Shown piece after piece: positions 15,034 to 20,000 of a DNA stretch of 20,000 nucleotides. Below the pieces are notes generated by a model. The model worked only from the letters and a program-made list of their open reading frames with translations, had not been told where the DNA came from and ran no database searches. Position numbers and translations under genes: made by a program. Position 1 is the first letter of the stretch; each line of letters opens with the position of its first letter. This DNA comes from an uncultured virus (IMG/VR IMGVR_UViG_3300010883_000002) (lineage: Duplodnaviria; Heunggongvirae; Uroviricota; Caudoviricetes), in the IMG/VR virus record IMGVR_UViG_3300010883_000002, one strand, 5' to 3'.

Positions 15034-18000
15034 ATGTCAGTAAAGAAATTCAGATTCGTATCACCCGGTATTTTTATTAACGAGATTGATAATTCACAAA
15101 TCCCGAAGGGACCATCACCAATTGGTCCAGTAGTAATTGGGCGCACAAGGCGTGGACCCGGTAACAGACCCATTCAGGTCAATTCATTTTCGGACTTCGT
15201 TGAGTTGTTCGGAAACCCAGTTCCCGGTGGACAGGGTGATGACGTTTGGAGAGATGGCAACTTGCTGGCTCCCATGTATGCGGGTTATGCTGCACAGGCA
15301 TGGCTAAAAAATGCTTCTCCTATAACTGTGATTAGGCTCATGGGGTGTGACCACATTGATTCAACAGCCGGATCTGTTCAGGCTGGTTGGAGAACCCAAG
15401 GCGATCATGGTGACGCAGCGGGAGCGTCTGGCGACCCCGAAGGTGGAGCTTTCGGCTTGTTCGTTACTGACACTGCTGGTTCCCAAGCTGCTGAAATTTT
15501 TATTGAGTGTGACGCTATGGGTCTTGGATTATCCGACCCCGGCTCTTTTGCCGATCTTGCAGAATCCGATCTTCATGTCAACAACGCCGCTGGTGATGGA
15601 TTTGCTACGATGGACTTTGCAGAAGGCGAAGCCAGAGTAGCAGCGGCAGCGGTCCAGATTCTTAATATTAATGCAGTGAGCGGTGCCCTAAGTGGCATGG
15701 ACTCCTTGACTATTGATTTTGACAATGGACAAACTGAAGTGTTTACAATTGGCGATACAACCAATCCAGCAAACGCTGGCGTTGATATTGACACCAGTGG
15801 TGCTCTAACTCAAGCTGACGTAGCGCAACTGATTGTTACTCACCTGCAAGCTGAGGCAGAAATTGTTGCCACACTTGGCGACATGGATTTTACGGTCCCC
15901 GCCAACCCCGCTGGTCCTACCGAATGGCTCGGTGATGGACTTGCTACTGGTGCCCCGGCTGTTGGTTTGCAAGGCGGCTACTGCGGTGCTGGAGGCTACA
16001 TCGGTCTAGACGCATCTCAGGCAACTGCTGCCACCGTTATTTTGATTAACCCAAATGTCGGTGCCGCTGTTCAAAATGTACAATATGATACCGTGGTCGC
16101 TGATGGCGGCGCTCTCGGATCTGTATTGGCAGAGTGTATGGAAATTGGTGATGTTGCTGCTGTTGCGGCAAACCCCGGCGTTGCGGAACCCTTTACAGGT
16201 GGACGAGTTCAAGGCGATTATGTTCTTGAGAACCTAGCTGATACTTCTGCCCTAGCTACTCTTTTGGCAGGTATGATTAATGCCGCAGGCGGCGGCTTCC
16301 TTCTTGCTGAAACGGATAAGGGTGGGTTCGGTCCTACAAACATTCGTATCAGAAACGTTGGTCAGGTACTCGGTTCAGCGGCTCCCGGTAATGGTGGTAG
16401 TACAACCTTCACAGAAGACGGTGGTGGTGCGATGAGCAACACAACTTCTCTTGTTCACGATAGCGCACCACTTGCGAATGCACAGTTCACCGCTGGCGCA
16501 ACGATTGATGCCGATCACGGTAACGCTTCGTTGGCTGCGGTTATTTATGTAAACGATGGTCATATTGGATTGAGAGGAAACACTCTCAATGGTGTTGGTG
16601 TTGATACCACTATAGGTGACGCATCCGGTGCCAATGGTATGTGGGTTGAGTCTTCTGGCACAAGTGCCGAGTTCAGATTTTGCGTAAGTGACGACAACGG
16701 CACGAATCCTCGCAATATTTCGTTCAACTTCGATCCACTTTCTAAAAAGTTTATTCGACGTGTGCTTAACACCAACCCAACCTTGGTCAACAACCAAGTG
16801 ACGCAAGGTGATCAGTTGGATAGATATTTCCTTGGTGAAACTTATGAAAGATTTCTATCAGACACACAAGCCAATGCAATGGGTGCTGCGGGTTCAGCGA
16901 TTGCCTGTCTCCTTCCTCTTGAAAATTCCACAGGAACTATTTCTGTGGCAGATAAAGAAATGCAAGCTCAGGTGCCTGCATCTGGTTGGATTCACAGTCA
17001 GCACACTGAAGATCCCGGCTTAGGTGGTAATCAGTATCACGAATTGTCTGGCGACATGCGGGGAACGCACAAGCTTTTCCGCTTGGTCGGTGTACACGAT
17101 GGCGAATGGTCTGGACAGAACCTCAAAGTTTCTATTTCAGACATTAAAGCCTCTGATGATATTAATAGACCCTATGGTAGCTTCACAATTACTTTAAGAA
17201 AGGTTGAAGACAGCGACAATGCCCCACGATATGTTGAGCGTTATACGAACTGTGACCTTAATCCAACTTCTCCCGATTATATTGCGAGAAAGATTGGTGA
17301 TATGGAAACAGTTTGGAGTTATGAAGAGAGTCGCTACCAAGAGTTTGGTCAGTACCTAAATGCTTCTAGGTTTGTTCGGATTGAAATGAATCCTGACTTG
17401 GAAGCTGGTGTGCTCGATCCCGGCTTGCTGCCATTCGGCTTCTACGGTCCTCCAAGTCCACGATCAATTATTGTGGGTGAGGGTGCCGCTGGCGCTGCTG
17501 CAACCGCACAGGTTGCTGCTCCAAACCAAGGGGTTGACCCACAGTGTACTGATAACGGTGCTCCCGGTGAATCAGATGCAATGCGGCGAGCCGCAGCACT
17601 GGTTCGACCCAATGTTTCAACTGCTCAAGCGGGTGATGTTGGACGGTCCCGTGCGAACGATACCGGACCCGCTTCGGTTGGTTCTCCGCTATCAACGCTG
17701 CCATCCTTCGTTTGTGTGTTGGATTTCCCAGCACATCCACAGCGAGTGAACAGTCACCAAGGTAGGCTTTCACGTCCAACGCAGGCATTCTTCGGATTGT
17801 CAGCAAACCAGCTTGGAAGTTCAAGACCAGAGGCGAGTTATGGTGATTTGACCAGACCTCTATCTGCTGCGATTCCTTCCTATGCTTCCGAGAACAACGG
17901 CTTGTCAGCATTGACACTACCTTCAAGCGTATTTACTCTTGATGATATTGTGCAAGAAGTTGTAACTGTTCCCGGTCCAGCCTTTGAGCCGAGTCAGTCT

Positions 18001-19137
18001 CATGTTCTCTACACAGAGGGCGCACGGGCTGCTGGTACTTCCATCTCTTCTGTCGGAATTGACACAGGTGGCGGCGCTCCCGGTACAGGCGACTTCCGAG
18101 ATGTTCTTGAGCATGGTTATGACCAGTTCACTCTAAGCCTTCATGGTGGATTCAACGGTGAGGATATTCGTGAGAAAGATCCTTACAGTAACAGAATTCT
18201 TTCTGGCGAGGGTCAAGAAACTCACTATGCATACAATGCTGTTAAGCGAGCGATTGATTCAGTGGCAGATCCAGAAGTTGTTGAGTGCAACCTCATGTCT
18301 GTTCCCGGTATTACCAACCCAACGCTAACCTCTCATTTGGTTAACGTGTGTGAGGGACGTGCTGATGCTTTGGCAATCATTGATATTGAAAATGATTACA
18401 TTCCACCGCATGAGAACACAGATCCAGAGAGTTTGAGAATGCCTGACGTTCGGATGGCTGTTCAAGACCTCAAGGATCGTGCCCTTAACTCAAGTTACGG
18501 TTGCTGCTACTTCCCATCTGTTCAGATTACTGACCAGCTTTCAGATAGACTATTGTGGGTTCCACCCTCAGTAGTTGCTCTTGGGACAATGGCTAGCTCA
18601 CAGAGAAAGACCGAAGTTTGGTTTGCCCCTGCTGGTTTCAACCGAGGTGGTTTGACTGAGGGTTCGGCTGGTGTACCAGTGACGAATGTTCGACGTAAGC
18701 TAACCTCTAGAGATAGAGATAAGCTATACGAAGCGCAGATTAACCCCATTGCTTCTTTCCCATCCGAAGGTATTGTAGTCTTTGGTCAGAAGACGCTACA
18801 GGTTACTCCGTCAGCACTTGACAGAATTAACGTTCGTCGCTTGCTCATTTTCCTCAAGAAAGAGGTTTCTAAGATTGCGGCTAGCATCCTGTTTGATCAG
18901 AATGTTGCAGCAACTTGGAAGCGGTTTACCTCACAGGTTGACCCCTTCTTGGGAAGTGTTCGCTCTCGATATGGACTCACGGACTTCCGTGTTATCCTTG
19001 ATGAGACAACCACGACCCCTGACTTGATCGATAGAAACATCTTGTATGCGAAAATTATGCTCAAGCCAGCGAGAGCAATTGAGTTTATTGCACTTGATTT
19101 CGTGATTACAAAATCAGGAGCATCGTTTGACGATTAA
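15034..19137 (+). CDS. Contractile tail sheath protein (T4 gp18-like), 1367 aa with large insertions
   Basis: N-terminal SPGIFINEID...GP...FVELFG; C-terminal VPPS, WFAPAGFNRG, LYEAQINPI, FGQKTLQ, SALDRINVRRLL, KPARAIEFIALDF. Confidence 0.96.
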   Translation: MSVKKFRFVSPGIFINEIDNSQIPKGPSPIGPVVIGRTRRGPGNRPIQVNSFSDFVELFGNPVPGGQGDDVWRDGNLLAPMYAGYAAQAWLKNASPITVIRLMGCDHIDSTAGSVQAGWRTQGDHGDAAGASGDPEGGAFGLFVTDTAGSQAAEIFIECDAMGLGLSDPGSFADLAESDLHVNNAAGDGFATMDFAEGEARVAAAAVQILNINAVSGALSGMDSLTIDFDNGQTEVFTIGDTTNPANAGVDIDTSGALTQADVAQLIVTHLQAEAEIVATLGDMDFTVPANPAGPTEWLGDGLATGAPAVGLQGGYCGAGGYIGLDASQATAATVILINPNVGAAVQNVQYDTVVADGGALGSVLAECMEIGDVAAVAANPGVAEPFTGGRVQGDYVLENLADTSALATLLAGMINAAGGGFLLAETDKGGFGPTNIRIRNVGQVLGSAAPGNGGSTTFTEDGGGAMSNTTSLVHDSAPLANAQFTAGATIDADHGNASLAAVIYVNDGHIGLRGNTLNGVGVDTTIGDASGANGMWVESSGTSAEFRFCVSDDNGTNPRNISFNFDPLSKKFIRRVLNTNPTLVNNQVTQGDQLDRYFLGETYERFLSDTQANAMGAAGSAIACLLPLENSTGTISVADKEMQAQVPASGWIHSQHTEDPGLGGNQYHELSGDMRGTHKLFRLVGVHDGEWSGQNLKVSISDIKASDDINRPYGSFTITLRKVEDSDNAPRYVERYTNCDLNPTSPDYIARKIGDMETVWSYEESRYQEFGQYLNASRFVRIEMNPDLEAGVLDPGLLPFGFYGPPSPRSIIVGEGAAGAAATAQVAAPNQGVDPQCTDNGAPGESDAMRRAAALVRPNVSTAQAGDVGRSRANDTGPASVGSPLSTLPSFVCVLDFPAHPQRVNSHQGRLSRPTQAFFGLSANQLGSSRPEASYGDLTRPLSAAIPSYASENNGLSALTLPSSVFTLDDIVQEVVTVPGPAFEPSQSHVLYTEGARAAGTSISSVGIDTGGGAPGTGDFRDVLEHGYDQFTLSLHGGFNGEDIREKDPYSNRILSGEGQETHYAYNAVKRAIDSVADPEVVECNLMSVPGITNPTLTSHLVNVCEGRADALAIIDIENDYIPPHENTDPESLRMPDVRMAVQDLKDRALNSSYGCCYFPSVQITDQLSDRLLWVPPSVVALGTMASSQRKTEVWFAPAGFNRGGLTEGSAGVPVTNVRRKLTSRDRDKLYEAQINPIASFPSEGIVVFGQKTLQVTPSALDRINVRRLLIFLKKEVSKIAASILFDQNVAATWKRFTSQVDPFLGSVRSRYGLTDFRVILDETTTTPDLIDRNILYAKIMLKPARAIEFIALDFVITKSGASFDD

Positions 19138-19140
19138 TAA

Positions 19141-19180
19141 ATAAATTGGTCGGGAGATTTCTATTCTCCCGACTATTTAT
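19141..19180 (+). terminator. Stem-loop after the sheath gene (possible weak terminator) overlapping the next promoter motif
   Basis: Perfect 9-bp stem GTCGGGAGA (19149-19157) / TCTCCCGAC (19165-19173), extendable through ATAAAT/ATTTAT. Imperfect U-tract TATTTAT. Confidence 0.6.
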
Positions 19181-19181
19181 A
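19172..19181 (+). promoter_or_regulatory. Putative late-promoter motif ACTATTTATA upstream of the tail tube gene
   Basis: Identical 10-mer to 12201-12210, intergenic; SD AAGGAG at 19214-19219. Confidence 0.7.
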
Positions 19182-19230
19182 ACCAGAGCCGAGAGGTTCA
19201 TTGAGAGTTTTTAAAGGAGACAAATTTAAA

Positions 19231-19878
19231 ATGGCAGGTAACTACAGATTTTGGCATGACGCAACACAAGGGAGTAAAGATCCCAAGCGAGGATATAGGT
19301 GGATTCTATTAATTGGATCGCTTCCGGCTTATACGCTAAAGAAAGTAGCGAAGCCTAGTTTTACTGTCACCGAAACTCCCCACAAATATCTTAATCACAC
19401 CTATTACTACCCCGGTAGAGTAGAGTGGAATACGGTTGAGCTAACATTAGCAGACCCGGTTGAGCCTGATATGGCATCGACCGTTACTAATATTATTAAA
19501 CAGTCTGGGTATAGCCCTGCACAAATGGACACGGATCTTCAAACCATGTCCAAGAGAGCAGCGGTTGCAGCACTGGGTGATACGCTAGAAATTCGACAGA
19601 TCGACTCGGAAGGTCGATTGATTGAAGGTTGGAAGCTACACAATCCTTGGATTAAGGACGTGAAATATGGCGACCTCGATTATGAGTCTGACGATTTGAC
19701 AGAGATTACTCTAGAGCTTCGGTTCGATTGGGCTGAGCTTGAGACTATGAAGGATGGTCACGCAACCAACAGTGGTCGTGAGGCTAAGGGCAAATACTGG
19801 AGCACTTCTGACGGCTCCGCAGGTGCTACAGAGCACAGCGGCGGTCACACTGGTGGTGTAAATAACGACGACCAGTAA
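19231..19878 (+). CDS. Tail tube protein (T4 gp19-like)
   Basis: PKRGYRW, KPSF, YYPGRVEWNTVELTLAD, WKLHNPWIKDVKYGDLDYESDD, ITLELRFDWA. Follows the sheath gene. Start at ATG 19231 on SD evidence. Confidence 0.9.
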   Translation: MAGNYRFWHDATQGSKDPKRGYRWILLIGSLPAYTLKKVAKPSFTVTETPHKYLNHTYYYPGRVEWNTVELTLADPVEPDMASTVTNIIKQSGYSPAQMDTDLQTMSKRAAVAALGDTLEIRQIDSEGRLIEGWKLHNPWIKDVKYGDLDYESDDLTEITLELRFDWAELETMKDGHATNSGREAKGKYWSTSDGSAGATEHSGGHTGGVNNDDQ

Positions 19879-19901
19879 GAAATAGTAAATTTCAAAATAG
19901 T

Positions 19902-19943
19902 AAAACCCACCTTGGATAAAACCTTGGTGGGTTTTCTTTTTTT
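19902..19943 (+). terminator. Rho-independent terminator after the tail tube gene
   Basis: AAAACCCACC (19902-19911) / GGTGGGTTTT (19926-19935) stem followed by CTTTTTTT. Confidence 0.88.
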
Positions 19944-19978
19944 AAAATCCTTATTTTTAAACGAAAACAGGTAAAAAA

Positions 19979-19988
19979 TCTATTTACT
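19979..19988 (+). promoter_or_regulatory. Possible degenerate late-promoter motif (TCTATTTACT) for the gene beyond the window
   Basis: CTATTTA core after a terminator, the same layout as at 12201. The downstream gene is not visible. Confidence 0.4.
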
Positions 19989-20000
19989 GGGTAATTATAG

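Noticed and set aside
16375..17926. Long minus-strand ORFs (143 aa, 152 aa) inside the sheath gene
   Set aside because: Typical antisense shadows of a strongly codon-biased gene; no recognisable motifs or expression signals.
10400..18100. Visibly higher GC in capsid and sheath inserts as a sign of horizontal transfer
   Set aside because: Explained by Gly/Ala-rich composition with GGT/GCT codons that are also used in the conserved parts of the same genes.
1..20000. Stop-codon reassignment, introns or inteins as seen in some large phages
   Set aside because: All core genes are full length in the standard code, TAA, TAG and TGA all serve as stops at sensible gene ends, and no intein or homing-endonuclease motifs were seen.

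Overview
The window is an uninterrupted, + strand virion morphogenesis module of a large T4-superfamily-like myophage. Gene order: histone H1/Hc1-like gene (partial), two hypotheticals, large terminase (gp17-like), portal (gp20-like), two hypotheticals, DUF1360-like CxxC membrane protein, unannotated Cys-Cys peptide ORF, prohead protease (gp21-like), probable core protein, ribosomal protein bS21, FtsZ/tubulin-family GTPase, scaffold (gp22-like), major capsid (gp23-like), neck proteins (gp13/gp14-like), tail terminator (gp15-like), a very large tail sheath (gp18-like) and tail tube (gp19-like). The most unusual element is a bS21 + tubulin pair placed between the protease and the scaffold/capsid genes. 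A recurring intergenic motif ACTAHTTAT reads as the T4 late promoter (TATAAATA) in inverted orientation. A set of Cys motifs is spread over the head-assembly proteins next to a CxxC membrane protein. All family calls come from motif recognition by eye; no database search was run.
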